A DNA stretch of 20,000 bases from an uncultured virus (IMG/VR IMGVR_UViG_3300005193_000001) (IMGVR_UViG_3300005193_000001:243016-263015); one strand, 5' to 3'; counted from the first letter of the stretch, positions 1 to 7,408 are shown. Numbers and translations are program-made. Notes: generated by a model from the sequence alone, not told the origin.

Positions 1-649
1 TGATCGTCGAGCCCAAAACGTCGATCACGTTGTTGGCGCGAGTTTGGACGCCACGATCAAGAATAGAGTTCACGACCACGACGATTCGGTCAAGGTCCGA
101 CATTTCGATCACGTCCTTCATCGGCGTTATGTTGCGCACTCCACCGTCCACCATCTGTGGGCGTTCCGGCGAGACCCAAACGGGCTCGACGAAAACGGGA
201 ATAGCCGAAGACGCAAGTACGTACCTTCGCGCCTTCTCCGCTTCCCTGTCGTCGTAGCTTTCTTCGGGATCAATCTCGTAGCCGACGTACTCTCCGGTGT
301 CAATGTCAACGGCTCCGGAACGGAACTTCGTCACGACGTCGTTCGGGTCGAAAACGTCCTGCAAGGTCCTGAACAAAGGTCTGGGATTATAAAGACCATT
401 TTCCATTCCTGCTGCGACTCTAAGGTACCGAAGTATCCCGGTCTCCCAAACGTCCTCTCTTCGCGTTTCGTCCCAAATTTCCCGGAGCTTCGAAGTCCGG
501 TCTTGGGCTACTACGCTTCCGTTTAGGGCTCCGGTGGATACCCCGGCGATGGCGTCCCATTCAAAGCCTTGCTTCTCCAAAAGCCTTACGACTTCGGCCT
601 GGAAGCTTCCTTTTGCCCCACCCCCGGCCAGAACTAGTCCTGTTTTCAT
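1..649 (-). CDS. Patatin-like phospholipase (3' end runs off the window)
   Basis: Manually translated from ATG at 649 and open to base 1: MKTGLVLAGGGAKGSFQAEVV...AIAGVSTGALNG...VLASSAIPVFVEP...MVDGGVRNITP. All patatin motifs are present: GGGxKG oxyanion loop, GxSxG nucleophile, ASxAxP and DGG catalytic Asp. It is absent from the ORF track because no stop codon lies in the window. Confidence 0.93.
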   Translation of the reverse strand, partial: MKTGLVLAGGGAKGSFQAEVVRLLEKQGFEWDAIAGVSTGALNGSVVAQDRTSKLREIWDETRREDVWETGILRYLRVAAGMENGLYNPRPLFRTLQDVFDPNDVVTKFRSGAVDIDTGEYVGYEIDPEESYDDREAEKARRYVLASSAIPVFVEPVWVSPERPQMVDGGVRNITPMKDVIEMSDLDRIVVVVNSILDRGVQTRANNVIDVLGSTI

Positions 650-670
650 GGTTGTTTGTTTTTGTTTTAA

Positions 671-1675
671 CTACACTATGAGTTCTCCGTACCTCGGTCC
701 GGTTTCGTAACCGTCTTCCGTCTTGGTGAAGAAGCCTCGACGGGCAAGTGCGTCTCCACCTCGCCTGTCAACGCGCTCGTCGTTGCGGAACTGCCGGATC
801 GACTTTAGCTGCGTTTCCGTAAGCTCGACGCCACGCTTGGTGTGATACGTCTCTCTCCGAAGCTTTCCCAAGGTATCAACGGAGACCTTCTGACTTTCCC
901 ACCTTCCCTTTTCGTCACGTGAAAGGTCCGCGAGATCCGAGATCGACAGTTCCGCAACGTCGAGCCCCCAATCTCTGGCGCTGGACACCATGCGCTCTAT
1001 GCTTTCGTCCACGTAGGGTTCAAGGAGCTCGATGAAGACGCGAACAAAGACCGGGCCGTGAAAACTGACAAGATGCTGGACGCCGAGTTCCTGTACCACC
1101 GCGTGTGCGGCTTCGTGGACCACGGTGTGCTTCGAAAACCCTCTTCCGTTCGAAAGCCGAATCTGGTGGACGCCGGACCTGTAGACGCTCCAGCGATTCC
1201 TGTTCGGGTGGTGCGCAACGTTGGGAGTCTCGATGTTGTCGTGGTCCGCGAGCAATTCGTTTTTCAGAAACCTTTCGGCCTCGTCCGTGCTTTCGAACTT
1301 TTCGGTCAACTCCTCGGAGTGGGTGCCGTCCCAACCGTAGAGGTTGCTCATGTCTCGGAACCTGCGTTCCCAACTGTAGAGCTTGCTACGCTGGTAATCG
1401 TCGGGACGGTTCCAGAGCTTGTAGGCGTTCTTCTCTCGATAATTTTCTACCACGTTGTCGTTGCGCTTGATCTTGAACTCGACGCGGTGCACGAGCGCGT
1501 AGTTTTTGGTAACGTCTACACGGACTCTGTCTCCGGGTTCAGCCTTGCTTTTCAGGTCTTTCACCTTTCTCAGCCTTTCGCCGTTCAGGTAGCACTCGTA
1601 GCAGTAGGGGCTACCCCAACGGGAAAGCTTGGCGGTGATGAGGTCGCGAATGTAAGTTCGGTTCAAGTCTTCCAT
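671..1675 (-). CDS. HExxH zincin metallohydrolase (TIGR04338/SprT-like) with possible C-terminal winged-helix tail, 334 aa
   Basis: Likely start is MEDLNRTY at 1675 (A/C-rich leader; the upstream extension overlaps the next gene). Motifs DYQRSKLYSWE, HTVVHEAAH and FHGPVFVRVF resemble the Rv0185/TIGR04338 pattern. The C-terminus LTETQLKSI..RRGGDALARRGF..GYET looks wHTH-like. Confidence 0.75.
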   Translation of the reverse strand: MEDLNRTYIRDLITAKLSRWGSPYCYECYLNGERLRKVKDLKSKAEPGDRVRVDVTKNYALVHRVEFKIKRNDNVVENYREKNAYKLWNRPDDYQRSKLYSWERRFRDMSNLYGWDGTHSEELTEKFESTDEAERFLKNELLADHDNIETPNVAHHPNRNRWSVYRSGVHQIRLSNGRGFSKHTVVHEAAHAVVQELGVQHLVSFHGPVFVRVFIELLEPYVDESIERMVSSARDWGLDVAELSISDLADLSRDEKGRWESQKVSVDTLGKLRRETYHTKRGVELTETQLKSIRQFRNDERVDRRGGDALARRGFFTKTEDGYETGPRYGELIV

Positions 1676-1700
1676 TGGCTTGGTGGTGTTGGTGGTTGCG

Positions 1701-2033
1701 TTAACGAAGAAAGAACGGGAGGGCTTTCCAGTCTTCCACACCTTCCGGCTTTTCGGCGTCGTAGTAGTAGTCCCCATCCGTGATCCAGACGTGACCGCCG
1801 AACTCGCCCAAAGGCTCGTTCCCGTGAGCTTCCGGTGTGTCGATTCTGACGTTAGGGTCGTCCACCGTTTCCACGACGTCGTATGCGAAGTCTTCACACA
1901 AGCCGTCGTTGATCTCGTAGGGCTTCGGGTACTGCTTTCCCTTCGGGTGTCGCGGCATGGTGCCGTTTTCCAACAGGCGTTCGATGGCTTCCGTGACACC
2001 CGAAATCGGCTCCACGTCTTTCGTCAGTGGCAT
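1701..2033 (-). CDS. Small protein with putative Cys-His-Asp triad (transglutaminase/papain-like), 110 aa
   Basis: INDGLCEDFA (Cys at helix start), GHVWI (His on strand) and YYYDAE (Asp after aromatic strand). Acidic protein; leader ccaaccaaccgaaacccATG. Confidence 0.6.
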   Translation of the reverse strand: MPLTKDVEPISGVTEAIERLLENGTMPRHPKGKQYPKPYEINDGLCEDFAYDVVETVDDPNVRIDTPEAHGNEPLGEFGGHVWITDGDYYYDAEKPEGVEDWKALPFFLR

Positions 2034-2070
2034 GGGTTTCGGTTGGTTGGTGCCTCTCGATTTCGCGTCT

Positions 2071-2101
2071 CTTTACACGTGTAGAAAGAAAAAAGGTTTC
2101 G
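2071..2101 (-). promoter_or_regulatory. Putative ECF-sigma-type promoter CGAAAC-N16-CGTGTAAAG for the leftward hydrolase operon
   Basis: On the minus strand, GAAAC at 2100-2096, a 16-nt spacer and CGTGTAAAG at 2079-2071. The motif recurs at 2656-2685 and 7342-7371. Confidence 0.6.
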
Positions 2102-2170
2102 CGCACACATGCGCTTTCACACGAGCTTCATGAAACCGAATCAAGGGGGTCGAGCATTGAACTTCACGTT

Positions 2171-2635
2171 ATGCTAAAAAACTACGAACTCGACTACGTT
2201 CGAAGCGTGGGGTCGGAAGGCTTGGATTTCCGTGTTCTGGACGGATCACGCACTACACTTCTAATTGAGTCCGAAAGCGACTCTTTTCTCGTACCTCCGC
2301 ATTTCGAATACGGCGACTTGAAGAAGTGGGTTATGGACTGGCCGTGTCCCGTGAAAAACAAGCGCAACCTGCTCGTGGCCCGAAGTCACATGGTTGCAGG
2401 GAACTTCGCTCGTCAAACGGGGCTCGATGAAATAGAATATGTCTCGTTCGAGACCGCCCACAGAGACTTGAGAGGCGTTGGATCGAGCGGTGACGTCGTT
2501 GTCAGGGTGTTCATCGAAGACATAGAATCCAACTCACGCAAGCTGATGGACAACATCCGAGAGACGGGAAGGCTTGCAAAGCGTGGATTTGCAACCGACA
2601 GGATTCTCGAAGTCCAAAAGTTCCGACTGCCTTAA
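2171..2635 (+). CDS. Hypothetical protein, 154 aa
   Basis: Probable start ATG 2171 (MLKNYELD) after the divergent intergenic region. Protein-like composition; fills the gap between neighbours. Confidence 0.7.
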   Translation: MLKNYELDYVRSVGSEGLDFRVLDGSRTTLLIESESDSFLVPPHFEYGDLKKWVMDWPCPVKNKRNLLVARSHMVAGNFARQTGLDEIEYVSFETAHRDLRGVGSSGDVVVRVFIEDIESNSRKLMDNIRETGRLAKRGFATDRILEVQKFRLP

Positions 2636-2655
2636 CGGAGCCTTCACAGAAGAAT

Positions 2656-2685
2656 CGAAACGTGGAACGTCTTCGTGCGTGTAAA
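2656..2685 (+). promoter_or_regulatory. Putative ECF-sigma-type promoter CGAAAC-N16-CGTGTAAA
   Basis: GAAAC at 2657-2661, a 16-nt spacer and CGTGTAAA at 2678-2685. Intergenic and upstream of a run of + strand genes. Confidence 0.6.
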
Positions 2686-2725
2686 CGTGTGAACTAAAAT
2701 GAAGAACCAACCATCAACCCCCGAC

Positions 2726-2974
2726 ATGAGCAAGCAAGAGCTAAAAGAGGAGCGCGAAACGCTTTCTGAGCTTCAGAGCAAGATCTTGAGCCGCCATCCG
2801 AAGTACGGGGATCGCCCGGAGGCAATTCAGGCTCTGCTCGAAGACGTTGGAGAGCGTTGGAACGAAGTTTCCGACAAGATCCAAAACTACCAGGATTACG
2901 GCCAGCCCGAAGCTCCCGAAACCACGGGTTCGGGGATGAGCCGCCACGACCGCATTCACACGGGCAGTCGTTAA
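2726..2974 (+). CDS. Hypothetical helical/coiled-coil protein, 82 aa (alternative start 2699)
   Basis: MSKQELKEERETLSELQSKIL...; A/C-rich leader aaccaaccatcaacccccgacATG matches other genes in the window. Confidence 0.7.
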   Translation: MSKQELKEERETLSELQSKILSRHPKYGDRPEAIQALLEDVGERWNEVSDKIQNYQDYGQPEAPETTGSGMSRHDRIHTGSR

Positions 2975-2978
2975 CACG

Positions 2979-3149
2979 ATGATTCTTTTCTTTGCTCTCG
3001 CGGCACTGGTGGTGGGGCGTTGCCTCCGGGAGGTCTTCGACTTTCGGGGCTTTCCGGTGGTGACGCTCCTGTCCGGTGCCGTCTTTCTTTACGGTTTTTA
3101 CGTCGTAGGATACTACGGTCCTTCGGTTCTTTTCCACTTCATAACTTGA
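2979..3149 (+). CDS. Small membrane protein, 56 aa, two hydrophobic segments
   Basis: Manually translated: MILFFALAALVVGRCLREVFDFRGFPVVTLLSGAVFLYGFYVVGYYGPSVLFHFIT*. It fills the gap between flanking genes (4 and 11 nt spacing) and is shorter than any ORF in the track. Confidence 0.65.
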   Translation: MILFFALAALVVGRCLREVFDFRGFPVVTLLSGAVFLYGFYVVGYYGPSVLFHFIT

Positions 3150-3160
3150 TCTCTTCTTCT

Positions 3161-3586
3161 ATGCGACCAGTTGACGTTGTTAACGTTCTTCAAGAGGTCA
3201 TCACCTCCGATGAAGACGGGGACGAAATTCGAGAACGGCTGAAATCTGTTATCGATGCCCTCAAAGAGAACAGAGACGTATACTACGACGAGAATAGGGC
3301 CAACTTGTACATCGATATTCCAATTGATAACAACAGCAGAGAGGAGACCTTTTATACGCTCTGCCACAAAACCGCACGGCTGTTGAGAACGCAACTCGAC
3401 AACCTGTCGGTGGAGGGAAAGTCCGATATGGCCGATCTCGACGATTGTAGAGCCCGAAGCATCCAGCGTCTTCGGGAGAGGCTCGATGCCGTCGAAGAAC
3501 AGTCTGTTGTCGATGCTTCCCTTTTCGATCCGGAAGTTATCCCTGACAACTTCACCGTCGTTAGAGCTATCAAGAACAACTCATGA
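3161..3586 (+). CDS. Hypothetical acidic protein, 141 aa
   Basis: Probable start ATG 3161 (MRPVDVVNVL); ATGA overlap with the next gene. Confidence 0.75.
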   Translation: MRPVDVVNVLQEVITSDEDGDEIRERLKSVIDALKENRDVYYDENRANLYIDIPIDNNSREETFYTLCHKTARLLRTQLDNLSVEGKSDMADLDDCRARSIQRLRERLDAVEEQSVVDASLFDPEVIPDNFTVVRAIKNNS

Positions 3587-4140
3587 AGACTTACTTGACT
3601 GCGGACCTACATTTGGGCCACAAGAACATTATCGACTACTGCAACAGGCCGTTTTCCGGTCTCGATCAGATGCATGAATACCTTCTGGCTCAAATTCAGG
3701 AGGCGGTCGATCCCGGAGACGAGCTTTGGATCTTGGGAGACCTGACGGGGCCGCACACGTTCGACGACCTCAGGTCGTTTTTGGCGCAGATCCCGTGCCC
3801 GATTCATTGGATCGAGGGCAATCACGCTCCCGACCTTGACAAAATCTCGGATCTCGTGGAGCACGAAGGCCACTACGCCGAGATCAAGTCTGGGATTAAG
3901 AACGCAGAAGGCTACGGGCTTTCGATTGCGCTTTCCCACTACCCCATGGTTCGTTGGAATGGCTCCGCTCACGGGCACTTTCACGCCCACGGGCACGTCC
4001 ACGATGGTCTTAGGGAGAAGAACTTGGGGGAACGCCGAATGGACGTTGGTGTGGACGCTCAAGGATTTAAGCCGATATCGGTCAAAGATTTGGCGCTCGT
4101 TTTGAAGCAAGTCACGCCTCCTAAAGACAGAGAAAAGTAG
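3583..4140 (+). CDS. Calcineurin-like metallophosphoesterase (phage COG4186/AQ1575-like type)
   Basis: Motifs TADLHLGHKNII..RPF, LGDL, GNH(A), LSHYP, HGHVH and DVGVD. Confidence 0.92.
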   Translation: MKTYLTADLHLGHKNIIDYCNRPFSGLDQMHEYLLAQIQEAVDPGDELWILGDLTGPHTFDDLRSFLAQIPCPIHWIEGNHAPDLDKISDLVEHEGHYAEIKSGIKNAEGYGLSIALSHYPMVRWNGSAHGHFHAHGHVHDGLREKNLGERRMDVGVDAQGFKPISVKDLALVLKQVTPPKDREK

Positions 4141-4237
4141 CGAGAGCGGTTCGAAACAAGAGTAGGTACTTAGACATTTACGAAGAACGAGAAGCGAGAA
4201 AGACTCGCTCAGAACTGCATCCTTAACAGCTTCACGT

Positions 4238-4465
4238 ATGAGAGAAACTAGCATCAGCCTCTTAGTAAAAGATGACCATGTCACATTTCACACTTCCGAC
4301 AAAGGGACAGCAAAATCGATCAAGAATCGTCTCGAAGAGCGGGGCGCGGATTGGGAGTGGTCCGAGTACCAGTGCGGAGAAGGCTCTTGGAAATTCCTAG
4401 TATCGAAAGAAGATTGTAGAGCGCCCAGCAGAATCATTAAGAACCCGGCTCCAAACATAGGATGA
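4238..4465 (+). CDS. Hypothetical protein, 75 aa
   Basis: ATG start after an intergenic gap; co-oriented, with an ATGA overlap with the next ORF. Confidence 0.7.
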   Translation: MRETSISLLVKDDHVTFHTSDKGTAKSIKNRLEERGADWEWSEYQCGEGSWKFLVSKEDCRAPSRIIKNPAPNIG

Positions 4466-4695
4466 TTCGAAACAGCGTTTTTGGATGCCCGTTCAGAGTT
4501 GTGAGGCACTTCGCTTGCGACGATTGGGTTGTGGAACCTACGCCCACCGTTCTCGGAGTGTCGTTCACTACTGTATTTTTTGCCGTTGCTGGCCGTCCGT
4601 TCAAAGACGAAGACAGGGCAAAAAGCTTCGCAACGATTTTGAACGAGGGCAACCAGCATCCTCTACCTCCATTCACGACAAAAACGAGTTCATGA
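4462..4695 (+). CDS. Hypothetical protein, 77 aa
   Basis: ATGA overlaps at both ends (4462-4465 and 4692-4695), typical of translational coupling. Confidence 0.55.
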   Translation: MIRNSVFGCPFRVVRHFACDDWVVEPTPTVLGVSFTTVFFAVAGRPFKDEDRAKSFATILNEGNQHPLPPFTTKTSS

Positions 4696-5195
4696 GCTTT
4701 GAAAAGAGACATGTTGGAGAAACCCGAGAAGTCGAAGACCCGTCGCCGTACGGAGACGGAAAGCACGAGTGGTCTCCATACCCCGAAGCTCTGGATGTTG
4801 GGAGGCTTGCTGAAGTTGCTCAAGACATGATCGAGCAGGTGGCGGACGTCGAAGTCACGAGAGAACGTGGCGACGACGGCGTAAGGTACGACGGTCCTCC
4901 ACTTCACCCGAGGTTCTTCGTTACGGCGTTCAAGCCCGAAAAGGCGCTCTCAAAAGAGAAACTCGATTTCGCTTTTGAAGATCAAGGGCGCGACGCTCTG
5001 GAAGAGGTGATGATGGTAATTCTGCAGATGGGCATCGAGCAGGGACTTAGGCTCGCGAGGGGCGAGTGGATGGACAAGGATATGGTAAAACGTGCACTTA
5101 ACAATTTGGAAGAAAGAAGAGACGAGCTTCCGGACGAGTACTTGGACAACCAAGTCGAAATGATCAAAAATCAACTTTCAATAGACGAATCATGA
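4692..5195 (+). CDS. Hypothetical acidic phage protein, 167 aa
   Basis: Start MSFEKRH at 4692 in an ATGA overlap. Contains EDQGRDAL..LQMGIEQGLR; ATGA overlap with the next gene. Confidence 0.8.
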   Translation: MSFEKRHVGETREVEDPSPYGDGKHEWSPYPEALDVGRLAEVAQDMIEQVADVEVTRERGDDGVRYDGPPLHPRFFVTAFKPEKALSKEKLDFAFEDQGRDALEEVMMVILQMGIEQGLRLARGEWMDKDMVKRALNNLEERRDELPDEYLDNQVEMIKNQLSIDES

Positions 5196-5533
5196 ACAAA
5201 ACAGTAGCAGGAGCTTCGGCAGTAATTGGCTTCTTCGGATTCTTACTTCTCATCTTCTTTCTCGCTCTTTTTGACGTTGGGCTAAAGAAGGTCATTTGGC
5301 CTCTGGAAGAGGAAGCGAGACGCGAGAAGTATGAAGAGTCCAGAACTCACGTCGAGGGAACTATCGACGATCTCTACAGGCTCCGAACCAAGTGGTCGAA
5401 GGCTGAAGGTGGCCACAAAGAAATGCTGGAGGGCCGGATTCTGCGTCGTGCACGCGACGTCGATCCATCGGAGCTTCCTCCGGAAATCGATTCTTTCGTT
5501 GATTCTCTCAGAAAAGAAAGCATGAACAAATGA
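5192..5533 (+). CDS. Membrane-anchored protein (N-terminal TM helix + helical soluble domain), 113 aa
   Basis: Hydrophobic stretch VAGASAVIGFFGFLLLIFFLALF followed by a charged helical region; coupled to the next gene. Confidence 0.8.
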   Translation: MNKTVAGASAVIGFFGFLLLIFFLALFDVGLKKVIWPLEEEARREKYEESRTHVEGTIDDLYRLRTKWSKAEGGHKEMLEGRILRRARDVDPSELPPEIDSFVDSLRKESMNK

Positions 5534-6036
5534 AGCGACTCATTCCACTACTTTTCGCTTTCGCAATCGTAACAATGGGTGCCGAGGGTTGCGGCGGTAG
5601 CGGGTCTGAAGCCCAACAACAAGCTCGTGAAGACGTTGAACAGCTTGCTGACGAGCTTTATGCCGAGGTCGGAACGCCTGAGATCAACAATTTCCAGGAG
5701 TTTAAGGTAGCGAAGGAAATCATGGAACTTCGCGATCAAGAGCTTACGACTTGGACCTACATTGTTGATCGAGACGGCCAGAAGCACCTCGTGTGCAAGT
5801 CCTTGGGATACGGCCTTCCGTACTCTACTCAACTCACAAATCCCGAGAAGACAATCCACGAAGGTCACGGCGGAGATCATTCACTTCCGCAACGGGAACC
5901 GAACGGGCTCTACATGCCGGACAACGTTTCAGCGACGTGGGTACTTTGTCAGGACGATAGCGAACGTGGCTACAGTCCACAGTACGTGGAGCCGCGAATT
6001 ATGGTCTTGACGAGCAAGGCTGAAAGTCTGGAGTAA
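5530..6036 (+). CDS. Putative lipoprotein, 168 aa
   Basis: Signal MKRLIPLLFAFAIVTMGAEG|C with a G-C lipobox-like end and a Gly/Ser linker. Core motifs GTPEINNFQE, ELRDQ, SLGYGLPYSTQLTNP, EPNGLY and ATWVLC. Confidence 0.8.
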   Translation: MKRLIPLLFAFAIVTMGAEGCGGSGSEAQQQAREDVEQLADELYAEVGTPEINNFQEFKVAKEIMELRDQELTTWTYIVDRDGQKHLVCKSLGYGLPYSTQLTNPEKTIHEGHGGDHSLPQREPNGLYMPDNVSATWVLCQDDSERGYSPQYVEPRIMVLTSKAESLE

Positions 6037-6049
6037 GACGACGAAGGGG

Positions 6050-6082
6050 AGGAGACGTCGCCAACAGGTGGCGTCTCCTTTT
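6050..6082 (+). terminator. Intrinsic terminator between convergent genes
   Basis: AGGAGACGTCGCC-AACA-GGTGGCGTCTCCT forms a 13-bp stem (two G-U pairs) followed by a short T run, 14 nt after the lipoprotein stop. Confidence 0.75.
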
Positions 6083-6365
6083 ACTTCGTTCTGAGTTCGG
6101 TCTCGAAGTCCATGAGTTCTTGGTAAAGGTCCTTTTGATCTTCTACCATTCCACGAGCCCAATCCGCCATTTCGGGACAGTCTCGCTGCGTGAGGTTGTA
6201 AATGTCTTCAAGTTTTGCCGTAGTGTACTCTACGGTTTCTCTCGTCTCACGAACACACTGCACGAGCTCGTCTTTGTCCCTTCCTTGGAAACTTCCCTTA
6301 ATGGGAAGGTCTTCCATGACCTCAGAGACGAGACCTCTGAGTTTCTGCTTGTCTAGCTTTTTCAT
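6081..6365 (-). CDS. Small helical protein, 94 aa, possible internal virion protein
   Basis: N-terminus MKKLDKQKLRGLVSEVME. Isolated minus-strand gene preceded by a TATTTA motif. Confidence 0.75.
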   Translation of the reverse strand: MKKLDKQKLRGLVSEVMEDLPIKGSFQGRDKDELVQCVRETRETVEYTTAKLEDIYNLTQRDCPEMADWARGMVEDQKDLYQELMDFETELRTK

Positions 6366-6392
6366 TTCAATTCTTTTGGTCTTTTACAGCTT

Positions 6393-6398
6393 TAAATA
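6393..6398 (-). promoter_or_regulatory. Putative late-promoter motif TATTTA
   Basis: ctTATTTAaag, 27 nt upstream of ATG 6365. The same hexamer precedes structural genes at 9940, 14302 and 17851. Confidence 0.5.
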
Positions 6399-6435
6399 AG
6401 CCCATGTGCTGTCTTTTTTCGTTATACGGATCAAC

Positions 6436-7104
6436 ATGTTTGCCTTCCCGAATGTCGGTCTAATCCGAACAACGACAACCATCTCCATTCCTGACGGCTG
6501 GTACGATTCCAAGCTTTGGGAAATGAAGCGAGAGCTATGGAGAAGTGAAAGAGCACTTGACAAGCTCTTAACAAGCCCACGGGAACCTTCGTTTGGGTTC
6601 GTGCGTGCAACACAACGCGATCATCTTCAAAGGGCACGTTTTCGCCTCATGCAAGTTCTCGTAGAAGCGTTGGAGGACATTCTTCCCGACAAGACGGAAT
6701 ATGTGGCTCGATCTCAAAGTGCCGTTTACTTTTCTTCTCGCGGAATAGAAGAGGTTTCGAAGAATCTCGACAAGGCGTTGAAGCGCAGAGGAATCGTGGT
6801 CGAGGTCTTTGACAATCCAGCTTCTCCCCAAGTTCGCGTCGAGCTTAAAGACGTGAAAAGAGAGATAGAGAAGGCAGAAGAGTTGGCCGATTATCTGGCT
6901 TACAAGCATTACAGAAACACGCGAGACGACGAGTACGTTCCGGAAAAACCAACTGCAGAAGACTACAAGGAGTTGAAAAAAGAGCTTGGACGATCCGAAA
7001 GCTACGCAGAACTCATCGCCTTTCAGGAAAAATTCAAGGAGTGCGCCGAAGATTACAACGTCGAAATCGAAATGTATGGCGGTCCGACGAATCAGATCTT
7101 TTAA
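6436..7104 (+). CDS. Hypothetical protein, about 222 aa (start uncertain)
   Basis: Long ORF with a charged helical composition. First ATG at 6436, alternative at 6523. Confidence 0.75.
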   Translation: MFAFPNVGLIRTTTTISIPDGWYDSKLWEMKRELWRSERALDKLLTSPREPSFGFVRATQRDHLQRARFRLMQVLVEALEDILPDKTEYVARSQSAVYFSSRGIEEVSKNLDKALKRRGIVVEVFDNPASPQVRVELKDVKREIEKAEELADYLAYKHYRNTRDDEYVPEKPTAEDYKELKKELGRSESYAELIAFQEKFKECAEDYNVEIEMYGGPTNQIF

Positions 7105-7119
7105 CCACCACTCGATACC

Positions 7120-7323
7120 ATGAAGGTTTTCCGACTCCACTTTCACGATGGCGAAAATCCACTGGACGTTGAATTCGAAGACGTGGTTGGCGTTGAGAAT
7201 CCTAACTTTGACGGCTTGATCTCGGTCGAGGTCAAGGTCACTCGTGGAAATAATATCCACTACGTTCCGGAACGCGTGGAACTTCTGGAGCGCGACGAAG
7301 ATTGCGACGTCGATCTCCATTGA
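7120..7323 (+). CDS. Hypothetical acidic beta-rich protein, 67 aa
   Basis: Leader ccaccactcgataccATG; alternating hydrophobic pattern. Confidence 0.7.
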   Translation: MKVFRLHFHDGENPLDVEFEDVVGVENPNFDGLISVEVKVTRGNNIHYVPERVELLERDEDCDVDLH

Positions 7324-7341
7324 TGAAGCCCTCGTGAAGAC

Positions 7342-7371
7342 CGAAACGAAAACGGGGGCTCGTGCGTGAAA
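7342..7371 (+). promoter_or_regulatory. Putative ECF-sigma-type promoter CGAAAC-N17-CGTGAAA
   Basis: GAAAC at 7343-7347 and CGTGAAA at 7365-7371. Shares cgaaacg...tcgtgcgtg with the 2656 copy; intergenic. Confidence 0.55.
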
Positions 7372-7408
7372 GGAGTGTAACTCTTTTTGACAGCAACCAC
7401 CAACTGCC

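Noticed and set aside
44..1783. + strand ORFs 44..526 and 1058..1783
   Set aside because: They lie antisense to the patatin and zincin genes, which carry clear catalytic motifs.
1676..1999. 108-aa N-terminal extension of the zincin ORF
   Set aside because: Overlaps the 110-aa gene in another frame and is T/S/R-rich junk; ATG 1675 has the typical leader.
4195..4211. Hairpin AGCGAG-AAAGA-CTCGCT in the gap after the phosphoesterase
   Set aside because: Only a 6-bp stem without a U-tract; not tRNA-like and too weak to call.
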